Origin: Cyanobacteria bacterium J06626_4
Lineage (GTDB): Bacteria > Cyanobacteriota > Cyanobacteriia > Phormidesmidales > Phormidesmidaceae
Assembly: GCA_038523235.1 (NCBI GenBank)
Contig: JBCBJQ010000004.1
Coordinates: 85,249 to 149,248 of the forward strand
Direction: 5' to 3'
Length of the DNA: 64,000 nt
This document shows, in pieces, positions 9,869 through 18,562 of the stretch. The notes below the pieces were generated by a model that saw nothing but the letters and a program-made list of their open reading frames with translations, was not told the DNA's origin and did not search any database. The number at the start of each line of letters is the position of its first letter. Positions within the stretch are counted from its first letter, which is position 1. Made by a program: the position numbers and the translations under genes.

Positions 9869-10010
9869 AGCCGGAGACAGTATTAGCCAGTCGGTGTTCT
9901 GAGACCAGGGCTTTTAGCCCATAGCAATTCAGATTGCAGCGTAAACGATTTTTAACCCTAATCGAGATTGCTTAAGCTTTACTTTTAGAGAGCGTCATTT
10001 TCCTAAGGTT

Positions 10011-10775
10011 TTGACCGTGATTTCAGTTGTGTTGCCCTGTCTGAATGAAATTCGCCATGGCTATTTGCCCCAAATTATTGAGAACTTGATGGCCCAAGCA
10101 GGGCCAAAAGAACTCATTGCCGTCATCAGTGCCAGTGCTGATGGTACGGATAAATTGCTGGCTCAAGTCCCGCAAATTCGGGTGATCGAGTCTGAGGTCA
10201 CCAATCGCGCTCAGCGTCTCAATGTGGGCATTGCCGCCAGTCAAGGAGAGGTGATACTGCTCCACCATCCGGCGACGCTATTGCCGCCCCAGCAGGCGCT
10301 AACCCTGATCGATCAGACCTTTCAAGATCCTCAAGTGATGTGGAGTGGGTTTCGCCATCAGTTTGATTTAGATCACTGGCTGCTGCGATATACCTCCTGG
10401 TATTCGACGTTCGTTCGTCCCCAGTTTGGGCGCATCTTGTATCTCGATCATTGCCTGGCTGTGCGGCGATCGCTGCTGACAGAAATTGGCGGCGTGCCTG
10501 AGATGGATATTTTTGAAGATACGGCTCTCAGTCAGCGATTAGGGCAATACAGCGCTCCAGTGATTTTGCCAGAGTCCGTGGTGACGTCGGCCCGGCGCTA
10601 TCGCAGTCGGGGCGTTTACAAGCAGGCGCTGCTCAACCAAGCTTTAAAGCTGATGTATCACCTCAATATCGACCCGCAGTGGATGAATCGGCTGTACGAG
10701 CAAAAAGTCCAAATTAATGTCACCTATCCCGCTCCGAAGCCGCCCAGCGACATGCCACCTGGAAAGTTGGGCTAG
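10011..10775 (+). CDS. Family 2 glycosyltransferase (TIGR04283-like)
   Basis: ISVVLPCLNE, RAQRLNVG, IFED and TSARRY motifs. Confidence 0.75.
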   Translation: MTVISVVLPCLNEIRHGYLPQIIENLMAQAGPKELIAVISASADGTDKLLAQVPQIRVIESEVTNRAQRLNVGIAASQGEVILLHHPATLLPPQQALTLIDQTFQDPQVMWSGFRHQFDLDHWLLRYTSWYSTFVRPQFGRILYLDHCLAVRRSLLTEIGGVPEMDIFEDTALSQRLGQYSAPVILPESVVTSARRYRSRGVYKQALLNQALKLMYHLNIDPQWMNRLYEQKVQINVTYPAPKPPSDMPPGKLG

Positions 10776-10845
10776 CTGGCCTAGAGAAATAAATGGAATG
10801 GCCCCTGTCGTGCTCAGTAGATCCCCCCCGAGTCGTGCCCAGCGT

Positions 10846-11553
10846 CTATGGTTTGGTCGAGGATGCAGCCGTTGAGAGAGACTGACAATATTGCTGCACC
10901 AACAGATCAATGCCGGTAATCGCCGTTCCGACCACTACGGCATGGCTGCCTAGGGCGATCGCCTGGCGCGCGGCGGCTGGGGTCGCAATGCCTCCCTCAC
11001 ACAGACACGGGGTCGGCAACCGCTTGACTAAGTCGGCCAGTAAGTCAAAGCCTGGAGGTGTTAAATCAGCCGTTGCCGAGGTATAGCCATAGAGCGTTGT
11101 GCCTAACAGATCGGCTCCGGCTGTGACTGCTGCCGTTGCCGAAGCCACGGTATCAACGTCAGCCATCACCGGTTTTTGGAGATCGGTGCGGATACGCTCA
11201 ATCAGCGGTGCCAGCGTTTCTCCCTCAGGGCGAGGGCGCAGTGTGGCGTCGATCGCAATAATATCGGCTCCCGCTTGGGCCACGGCTTCGGCATGACAAT
11301 ACTGCGGTGTGATGTAAACGTCAGAGCCAGCAATGACCTGCTTCCAGAGGCCAATGATGGGCACAGAGACCCTCTCCCGCACCGCCGCAATGTGGGCGGG
11401 GCTGTCAATGCGCACCCCGACGGCCCCTTGCAAGACTGCCGCTTCGGCCATCGCTGCAATCATCTCAGGCTGATGCAACGGCGAATTGGCAGGCGCTTGG
11501 CAGGAAACGATTAGGCCGCCTTGCAGCGCCGTTAAAATACTGTCAATCGGCAT
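10846..11553 (-). CDS. nanE: N-acetylmannosamine-6-phosphate 2-epimerase
   Basis: LIVSCQA, PIIGLWK, VYITP, GTTLYGYT and VVGTAIT motifs. Confidence 0.92.
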   Translation of the reverse strand: MPIDSILTALQGGLIVSCQAPANSPLHQPEMIAAMAEAAVLQGAVGVRIDSPAHIAAVRERVSVPIIGLWKQVIAGSDVYITPQYCHAEAVAQAGADIIAIDATLRPRPEGETLAPLIERIRTDLQKPVMADVDTVASATAAVTAGADLLGTTLYGYTSATADLTPPGFDLLADLVKRLPTPCLCEGGIATPAAARQAIALGSHAVVVGTAITGIDLLVQQYCQSLSTAASSTKP

Positions 11554-11626
11554 GGTGTCAATATGATGGCGTGAACGGCCCCGTCATTAGACAGTTGGCC
11601 CACGCCGAGTGTATCGCAAGCCAGGC

Positions 11627-12058
11627 TTAGGAATTCTCTGGACGAGCCGCGAGCTGCTGTTGCAGCATATTACTGGCTTGAACAAGGAGCGAGTCATCGG
11701 GCTTTTGCGCCAAAATTTTGGCAATAGACTCAACTAAGGGCCAGTTGATCATGGCGCCATCGCGAATCGTTTTACTGGCCGCGTAATAGCCGACGTCGGG
11801 GGGCACGTCCATCTCGTCTGTTTCGCCCGTTTGCAAGGAGCTGGGCGATCGCCAAGAAACGACTTTGCTTCTAAGCGTGACTTGAAACCAGGTGATGGCG
11901 TCGCCAAGCATCTCGATGGTGACATCAAAGTAGGGTTCGTTCCCTTGATACCAAATCCGTCTTTTCTCAGTATCGTCTTCAGCCGCCTTCATCAAATCGG
12001 GATTGATGGGACGTAATGAACCGCCTAACGCGGCGATCGCAGACTCATCTAATTTCAT
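11627..12058 (-). CDS. Conserved hypothetical protein
   Basis: 143-aa ORF with WYQG.EPYFD and WFQ.TLR motifs; fills the gap between genes. Confidence 0.7.
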   Translation of the reverse strand: MKLDESAIAALGGSLRPINPDLMKAAEDDTEKRRIWYQGNEPYFDVTIEMLGDAITWFQVTLRSKVVSWRSPSSLQTGETDEMDVPPDVGYYAASKTIRDGAMINWPLVESIAKILAQKPDDSLLVQASNMLQQQLAARPENS

Positions 12059-12197
12059 AATTGGGGATTAAACACACACGTCGCTATCACCATAAAACCA
12101 CCCTTCTCTAACTAACCGCGGACACCTGACTCAACCTGCAGAATGTCATGGGTTAGACACAATCTTTACAAAGTTGCCCCCTGGCTGTCGTAGGCAC

Positions 12198-12225
12198 AAA
12201 AAAGGAGCGCTGATCGAGCGCTCCT
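12198..12225 (-). terminator. Intrinsic terminator after desB
   Basis: AGGAGCGCT-loop-AGCGCTCCT followed by a U-run on the minus strand. Confidence 0.85.
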
Positions 12226-12286
12226 CACTATCAACTTTGGCTAATCAAAAATCGCGATTGCTGTTCTGGGAAGCTGCGCTGACGAT

Positions 12287-13366
12287 TTAATGTTTGCCCC
12301 GAGGCTGGTAATAGACGGGCGAGCCCTGATCAGCCACAAAGTGACAGGCCTTAGCTGAGCGGAAAAAGCTTTTCCAGATAGGCACATCCGACTGGCGATA
12401 GTAGCTGCCGAGCACAGGCTTGATGGCTGCCGTCGCATCCTGCAGATAGTAATGTGGAATGCTCAAGAAGATATGGTGGGCTACATGGGTCCCGATGTCG
12501 TGGTGAATCGGGTTGAAGATGCCGTAATCGCGATCAATGGTGGACAATGCGCCTTTTAAGAAATACCAATCGTCGTTGGCATACCAGGGAATATCCGCTT
12601 CGGTGTGGTGCAGGAACGTCACCAAATCGAGCCACATTACAAAAATGATGTAGGGCACGAGGTAGTAAGTGGCCAGAAAGACGAGCCCATACTGATAGCC
12701 AATTCCGGCCAGTAGTCCCAACATGCCAATCAGCCAAATTGTGCTGGTTAACACGTCCCACTTTTCTGAGGGTTTGAACAGTGGACTACCGGGCAAGAAG
12801 TGTGTGCCACCAGGACGACTGGGCGATCGCCGAAACAGGTAAATTGGGTACGCCAGCAACGGTAAATAAAATCGGATGAGCTTTTCGGGCCAAGTCATCG
12901 CGTCGTATTTGGATGCGGTGACCGGATACCAGCTTTCATCCGTGTCGATGTTGCCTGTGTTGGCATGGTGCGTGCGGTGACTAATGCGCCAGCCATGATA
13001 GGGCACCAAAATTGGCGTGTGGCTGAGATGGCCCACCAGATTGTTCAGCCACTTGTGTTTAGAAAATGAACCGTGACCGCAGTCATGGCCTACCACAAAC
13101 AACGCCCAAAACATGGTGCCCTGGGCAAACCAGAAAATCGGGAGAAACCACCAAGTATTGATCGCCGCCGCGGCGGCATAGAGACCGGCGATGATGCCCA
13201 GATCGAAGAAGAAGTAGGCTAGCGACCGCACGACTGAGGGTTCAAAGCAATAGGCCGGAATCGCCGACCTCAGATCTTTGAGGGTAAACGGCAGTTCTCC
13301 GGCAGGAGGGTTCGGGCTGAGATCAGCCAGTGGTGCCGATTGGTTTGGAGCAGAGTGTAATTGCAC
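12287..13366 (-). CDS. desB: Omega-3 (delta-15) acyl-lipid desaturase
   Basis: His boxes HDCGH, HRTHH and HVAHH; QGTMFWALFVVGHD. Confidence 0.93.
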   Translation of the reverse strand: MQLHSAPNQSAPLADLSPNPPAGELPFTLKDLRSAIPAYCFEPSVVRSLAYFFFDLGIIAGLYAAAAAINTWWFLPIFWFAQGTMFWALFVVGHDCGHGSFSKHKWLNNLVGHLSHTPILVPYHGWRISHRTHHANTGNIDTDESWYPVTASKYDAMTWPEKLIRFYLPLLAYPIYLFRRSPSRPGGTHFLPGSPLFKPSEKWDVLTSTIWLIGMLGLLAGIGYQYGLVFLATYYLVPYIIFVMWLDLVTFLHHTEADIPWYANDDWYFLKGALSTIDRDYGIFNPIHHDIGTHVAHHIFLSIPHYYLQDATAAIKPVLGSYYRQSDVPIWKSFFRSAKACHFVADQGSPVYYQPRGKH

Positions 13367-13469
13367 TGGGGTGTTGATATTCCGTATATGGGGTGACTAG
13401 CAACGAGCGAGTCAGCACTCACTAAGGCTAGCCATTGACAGCAAGAGAAACTGAGTTGCAAAGACTAAA

Positions 13470-13508
13470 GCTCAGAAAACTGTCTGGTTTACAGGCAGTT
13501 TTCTGAGC
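13470..13508. terminator. 17-bp stem-loop between desA and desB (terminator or mRNA stabiliser)
   Basis: GCTCAGAAAACTGTCTG-GTTTA-CAGGCAGTTTTCTGAGC, one mismatch. Confidence 0.6.
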
Positions 13509-13531
13509 GACGATTGAGCGATGCTAGCCAG

Positions 13532-14581
13532 CTAGCGGACGCTGGAAAAAGGACGATAGGCGGTCTGAGCGTCATAGAGATGACAGTTGCGGGTGATTTG
13601 CGACATCAGCTGCCACGAAAACTGCCGTACGTAGATATGCTCGCCCCAGTTCGCCATTAGGCTTTGGTGAGCAGCGCGCAGATTGTAAGAGGGAATACCC
13701 ACCGAAATGTGATGTGGCACATGCACATTAATGTCGTGGCAAAGCACCTCGACCCATTTGGGATAGGTGCAGTGTACCGTGCCTGCCAGCTGCGCCGGTA
13801 CCGCTGACCACTCCGCCGTCGGCTGAAACTTAATTTCAGGGATGGTGTGATGCACGATGGTGAAGGTGCTCATCCAGAAGTGATAGCCCAGCCAAGGCAG
13901 CAGCCAGAATTTCACAATGCCCCACAGACCAACGGTAAAGTACATCGTGGGAAAAAAGACGGCAGCAAAAGCCGCCACCACGAGCACTGATGTTTTGACC
14001 GCCCGCCGCTCTGCCCCGGCAAACTTACGCCAGTTGAAATGCAGCACGGCCCAGTGAGCAATGGAGCCGACCCACCAAAAGCGCCCTCTGAGGGCTTGAT
14101 ACCCTGACTGGAGCCAGGTCGGGGCGGCCTTAAAACTCTCGACGGTCCAAGGCTCCCAAGCGTTATCAACATGCAGCTCGTTGGTGTGCACATGATGATG
14201 ATCGTGCAGAATTCGCCAGCTATGAAAGGGATAGGCCAAGGGCATCATCATGATGTGGCCGACCCAGTTATTTACCCAGCGACGCTTTGCAAAAGACCGA
14301 TGGGCACAGTCGTGACCAATCACAAATAGCCCGGTGGCGGCAGTACCGGTGAAAAACCAGGCAAAGGGCAGTAAATACCAAGGCGAGAGCGCGATCGCCG
14401 CGCTGCCTACAGCCACACCAGCCAGAGTGATTAAGACTGAAAACCAGGCTTTGCGCCAGTCTTTTTCAAAACAAGATTTAGGAATCGTCCGAATTACGTC
14501 GCTCAACTTCAGGTCACTCAGCGCTGAAGCTGATTCTGCTAGGGTAGGCACCTTAGCAGAAGAGGGTAGGGTAGCAGTCAT
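13532..14581 (-). CDS. desA: Delta-12 acyl-lipid desaturase
   Basis: His boxes HDCAH, HDHHH and [17 protein letters not shown]. Confidence 0.93.
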   Translation of the reverse strand: MTATLPSSAKVPTLAESASALSDLKLSDVIRTIPKSCFEKDWRKAWFSVLITLAGVAVGSAAIALSPWYLLPFAWFFTGTAATGLFVIGHDCAHRSFAKRRWVNNWVGHIMMMPLAYPFHSWRILHDHHHVHTNELHVDNAWEPWTVESFKAAPTWLQSGYQALRGRFWWVGSIAHWAVLHFNWRKFAGAERRAVKTSVLVVAAFAAVFFPTMYFTVGLWGIVKFWLLPWLGYHFWMSTFTIVHHTIPEIKFQPTAEWSAVPAQLAGTVHCTYPKWVEVLCHDINVHVPHHISVGIPSYNLRAAHQSLMANWGEHIYVRQFSWQLMSQITRNCHLYDAQTAYRPFSSVR

Positions 14582-15355
14582 TCATAGCCTCGAATAGAAC
14601 CAGACTTGCATCAGCCGACAACCGAAACTAGACCTGCACCAGGGCTAGCTCAGCCGAGACAGGTGTATCTGAAGGTGTCTTTACGATAAGTTTCGTCAAT
14701 GAAGACCCCAGGGCTGTCAAAAAAACGCAAAAAGTCTGATATGCAAACCCCAGTAGTCTACCGCATGGTGGATGGCTGCAGGATCACAGTCTGAGGTCAA
14801 ATCAGAAGTTCTCACGGATGGGCGGTCGCACCCTACAGAAAATCTAATCAGAGTCAGCCTATAAATTCTTCAACATGACGCCCTGAGTACCGTTTTTGTC
14901 ACCAGGATATGGTCTGGACTGACTGGGTCACCAAAAATTCGATGATTGAATATTGATGCCTGTGTGGGCTTGAAGACTGTGGCCGCAACTATCCAGAATA
15001 GAGATGAAATAACGTGGGATCGCTGGGACGATGATTTCTAGGGATGATTGTTTGACAAGAGAAAGTTAGCTGTAATGCACCGTTTCTATGAAGTCTCAAG
15101 AGGAAACCATCCTAAAAAAGCCAGCTTCATTTTTTTCCTTGTTTAGAGAATCTCCCTTGCCGCCGATTCCCAATTAGGCAAGATCTTTAACCGACAAGAA
15201 TTGGACTAGATAAAATCCTGATTCTTCAGGGGGCGGTGCAGGAATAACATCCTCAGAATAGAGACGCTGGCCGGCTAGATTGGGCAATTTGCCACCTCTT
15301 TGATCGGGATGTTTTTGGCGCAACTTACTGGTGGTGGGGAGCGATCGCCGAGTGT

Positions 15356-17077
15356 TTAAAAGCCCAAGTCGGCCTTGGCGGCTTCAGACGCTTTGAACAA
15401 GGGCTCGTCAGGCATTTCATCCCAAGCCGTCGCGCCGATATCGCTATAAAACTGCGCGTCATAAGCGCGCGTGCGGACGACGACGGGCATCGGCGTGGCG
15501 TGACCGAGGATCAGTGCCTGCTGCTTTGAGTCCAACTTGGCCAGCACCGATCGCAGGCTTTGTGCTCCCGACACCCCGGTAAAAATCGCATCGATATCTT
15601 TTTCATCATTGAGCAGGGCAGTGATGCGCGTACCGATTTGTGACATGACTTCGTTATCAATGCCCGAAGGTCGCTGATCGACGACTAGCAACGTGACAAA
15701 ATACTTCCGCATCTCGCGGGCGATGGTGCCAAAAATGGTTTGGCGCGCCGTGGCCGGATCGAGAAACCGGTGCGCTTCTTCAATCGTAATCATCAACTGT
15801 TGGGGGCGATCACTCGGATTTTTAGTCTGTAAAAACCGCTCAGCTTTTTGCACATAAATCGCGTGAATACGGCGAGCAATTACATTAGTTGCCAACATAT
15901 ATGACAGCAGATTGGATTGCGAACCAAACTCTACCACCACATGCTTACCTTCGTTGATGGCCGTCAAAATCTGACCGACATAGTTGTGGGGGCAGGCGGC
16001 GCGAATATATTTCAAATCGGCGAGGCGATTGAGCTTACGCTGCAGCGCCATGATGGAAGACTTGTTGCCCATCTTGGTTTCGCAGAAGTCTTGAATTTCC
16101 TCGTTGGTGAGGGTGAGTAGCCGGTTAATCCATCCCTTGCCAAACTCGTTGCGCAGAATGATGGCATTCTCTAAGCTGGCTTCCGACAGGTTCAGTTCGG
16201 TGCGGACTAGCATCAAATCTTCTACATCAATTTGGTCGAAGCTGATGTAAAGCTCTTGAGCATCGCGTACGCCGCGTCGTTTGGTCGCTTCGGGGTCGAG
16301 GGTGAAGATCTGCACCTGGCCGGGAAACAGCTGGCGCAGTCCTTTGACGGTGCTGAAATGCTTACCCTCACTAACGGCCTCCCAGCCGTATTCTGAGTGC
16401 ATGTCAAAAATCAGGTTGACCGCTGCCTGCCGCTGAATCGTGCCCGACAGCAATACTCTGGTCAAAAAAGACTTGCCCGTGCCCGATTTGCCAAAGATGC
16501 CGTTACTGCGCTCGACAAAGCGATCCAGATCCAAGCAAATGGGCACCGCCATATCAATGGGCTGACCGATCACAAAATTGCGTCGGTGAGGATCATCCTC
16601 CCAGCCAAACACGATGCGAAAGTCGCGCTCGGCGGCGTCATAGACCTGACTAAAGTGGCTGGGAATCGTCTTGACTGGCAGCAGTTCTACCGGCGCACTG
16701 CTCTGCACCTGATAGGATGCCGCTCCGTTTTGGCGCTTGGCTGCTTTGGCGTGGTTTTTGGGATTAGAGCTGTCGAGATCTTGGGGGGTAAACATCAGCA
16801 TGGGGCTGAGGCTAGCGGTGCCGTAGGTGCCCGTGCCCGAAAGCACTTCTTGCAGAAAGAGGTTGGCAGGTTCGGGCGGATTGGCGAGGATGCGGGCGCT
16901 GGCAGTACCTAAGGCGAGATCGGTCAGCATGCAAAAGAAGCGCGATCGCCGCCCCTGCACGATCAAAAACTTGCCCACTCGCAGATCTTCAACCGACACG
17001 TCGGGGTGCAGACGCACCTCTAATCCCCGAATTAGGGATCCTTCAATGACCGAACCCAGCGGCTTGCCAAATTCCAT
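15356..17077 (-). CDS. HerA/FtsK-family ATPase (HAS-barrel plus DUF87-like)
   Basis: Walker A GKSGTGKS, FDMHSEYG, Walker B IEEAHRF, AREMRK and DQRPS motifs. Confidence 0.88.
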   Translation of the reverse strand: MEFGKPLGSVIEGSLIRGLEVRLHPDVSVEDLRVGKFLIVQGRRSRFFCMLTDLALGTASARILANPPEPANLFLQEVLSGTGTYGTASLSPMLMFTPQDLDSSNPKNHAKAAKRQNGAASYQVQSSAPVELLPVKTIPSHFSQVYDAAERDFRIVFGWEDDPHRRNFVIGQPIDMAVPICLDLDRFVERSNGIFGKSGTGKSFLTRVLLSGTIQRQAAVNLIFDMHSEYGWEAVSEGKHFSTVKGLRQLFPGQVQIFTLDPEATKRRGVRDAQELYISFDQIDVEDLMLVRTELNLSEASLENAIILRNEFGKGWINRLLTLTNEEIQDFCETKMGNKSSIMALQRKLNRLADLKYIRAACPHNYVGQILTAINEGKHVVVEFGSQSNLLSYMLATNVIARRIHAIYVQKAERFLQTKNPSDRPQQLMITIEEAHRFLDPATARQTIFGTIAREMRKYFVTLLVVDQRPSGIDNEVMSQIGTRITALLNDEKDIDAIFTGVSGAQSLRSVLAKLDSKQQALILGHATPMPVVVRTRAYDAQFYSDIGATAWDEMPDEPLFKASEAAKADLGF

Positions 17078-17390
17078 CGGGTTTCTCCGTCCTTGCTGTC
17101 AGTCATGGTAGCCCGTTTGAGTTAGTTTAATACATTTGTTTCTTAGTTCAAATGTCTTGGCGGCGGCGGTGTCGGTTCAACGGGGCGATATCTGGCCTGA
17201 GGTGTCGATGGTTGCTGTGTTTAAGTTGCTGGAGCTCTGGTGAGGCGTGCTGGGGCGATCGCGCCACAGGCCCCTGAGCTGTCTCCTTACCGGTGAACCA
17301 CAAAAGCGCGGTGCCTGTATCTCGAGGAAGGTTGATGACGATTCTCAGACGATCTGATCGAAAGAGAAAACCCGTTGGATAGGCTTCCTA

Positions 17391-17506
17391 ATACCAGTTC
17401 TGCAAAATAGCGCTACAGATCGGCGATCCCCCGCTGTCGCTGCCCCCTTGTCGAAGGGGGCTACACACTTTTTGGGATGTGTAGTCTAAATTCAGCGAAT
17501 TGGTAT
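17391..17506. mobile_element. Putative MITE-like miniature element (~116 bp)
   Basis: Terminal inverted repeats ATACCAGTTC / GAATTGGTAT (9 of 10 match) enclosing two internal hairpins; intergenic and non-coding. Confidence 0.5.
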
Positions 17507-17787
17507 AACCTGCCCCAACCCAAACTATTTGCTGACCGCTGAACGGCTAGGATGGCCATTAAACCCGACTCGGTATCGGCTGCTGAGGACTGGGGGCTAG
17601 CGTTGGGGGAGTTGACGGGCAGGAGTATCAGCATCGCGCGGAAAGTCTCGTCTACCCGCCCCCTTGCAATTAAGAACCAATGTTGTTCAAACGATTGGCA
17701 AAAAAGAAGGTAGAAAGCTTTTGCTCTCTACCTGTCGCTACCATCAAGTCTGTCAACTCAGACGTTTGAGATATCCGGGTTCTGCAG

Positions 17788-18330
17788 TTAGAACTGATAG
17801 CCCACGCCGGTTTGCAGGGAGATGGCGGTATTGCCGCCTTCGCGATAGCCACCAAAGGCAATAATGGCGTTGCCAAACAGCGCTAGACGACTGTTCGGAA
17901 ACATGTAGTCGATACCGGGCTGCAAGACAAAGGCCGTCGCATTACCCACCGGTGAAGGATCGTCTTCGTCGCCAGTAGGAAACGAAACGCCTGCGCCGAG
18001 GTAAATATCAGCATTCCAGCTCAAGGGGTAGTCATAGGAAACGGTCGGCACCAGAGTCAAATTATTGCCAAAGATGAAGGCTGTCGCCCGTAGCGACACC
18101 GGCATCCGCAAGAAGCGATAGCGTCCGGTAATCACGCCGCCAAACCCATCACCTCGGCCCGTTTCAGCTTCCTCAGTTAGGCCAAACGCGGCACCAATAC
18201 CGACATAGCTGCCGTAAGCGGCTTGCGCATTGGCCGCCTTCGGAGCCATCACGGCAGAAGCCCCCGCTAGTGCCCCACCCAGGGCAGAGGCGATCGCTGC
18301 CTGCATCAACCGACGTTTGATCTGTTTCAT
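17788..18330 (-). CDS. Secreted protein, probable small outer-membrane beta-barrel
   Basis: Signal peptide ending ANA-Q, amphipathic beta strands, C-terminal GVGYQF (terminal Phe, beta-signal-like). Confidence 0.7.
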   Translation of the reverse strand: MKQIKRRLMQAAIASALGGALAGASAVMAPKAANAQAAYGSYVGIGAAFGLTEEAETGRGDGFGGVITGRYRFLRMPVSLRATAFIFGNNLTLVPTVSYDYPLSWNADIYLGAGVSFPTGDEDDPSPVGNATAFVLQPGIDYMFPNSRLALFGNAIIAFGGYREGGNTAISLQTGVGYQF

Positions 18331-18536
18331 TTCGAATCACTCCTCAGGCAGGCAATTAATACACAGAGATAGCGCTTTCGCAGCTACCCGCCGCTGCCAG
18401 CATGCACGCCAAAACTGAATCTTGACAACGCCCCACAGAATCATTGAAAACCCTTGTCAGTAAAAAGGTTCAAGCAATGTTAAGTGAGATGTCACGCGTT
18501 AATTCAAGCAAACAACTCCGGATTCGCTAGACTATT

Positions 18537-18554
18537 GTTACAAAACTTTGCAAT
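18537..18554. promoter_or_regulatory. Candidate HLR1 (RpaB) direct-repeat site
   Basis: GTTACAAA-AC-TTTGCAAT versus (G/T)TTACA(T/A)(T/A)-N2 repeat, one mismatch; upstream of the OM-protein gene. Confidence 0.4.
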
Positions 18555-18562
18555 AAGTGGAA

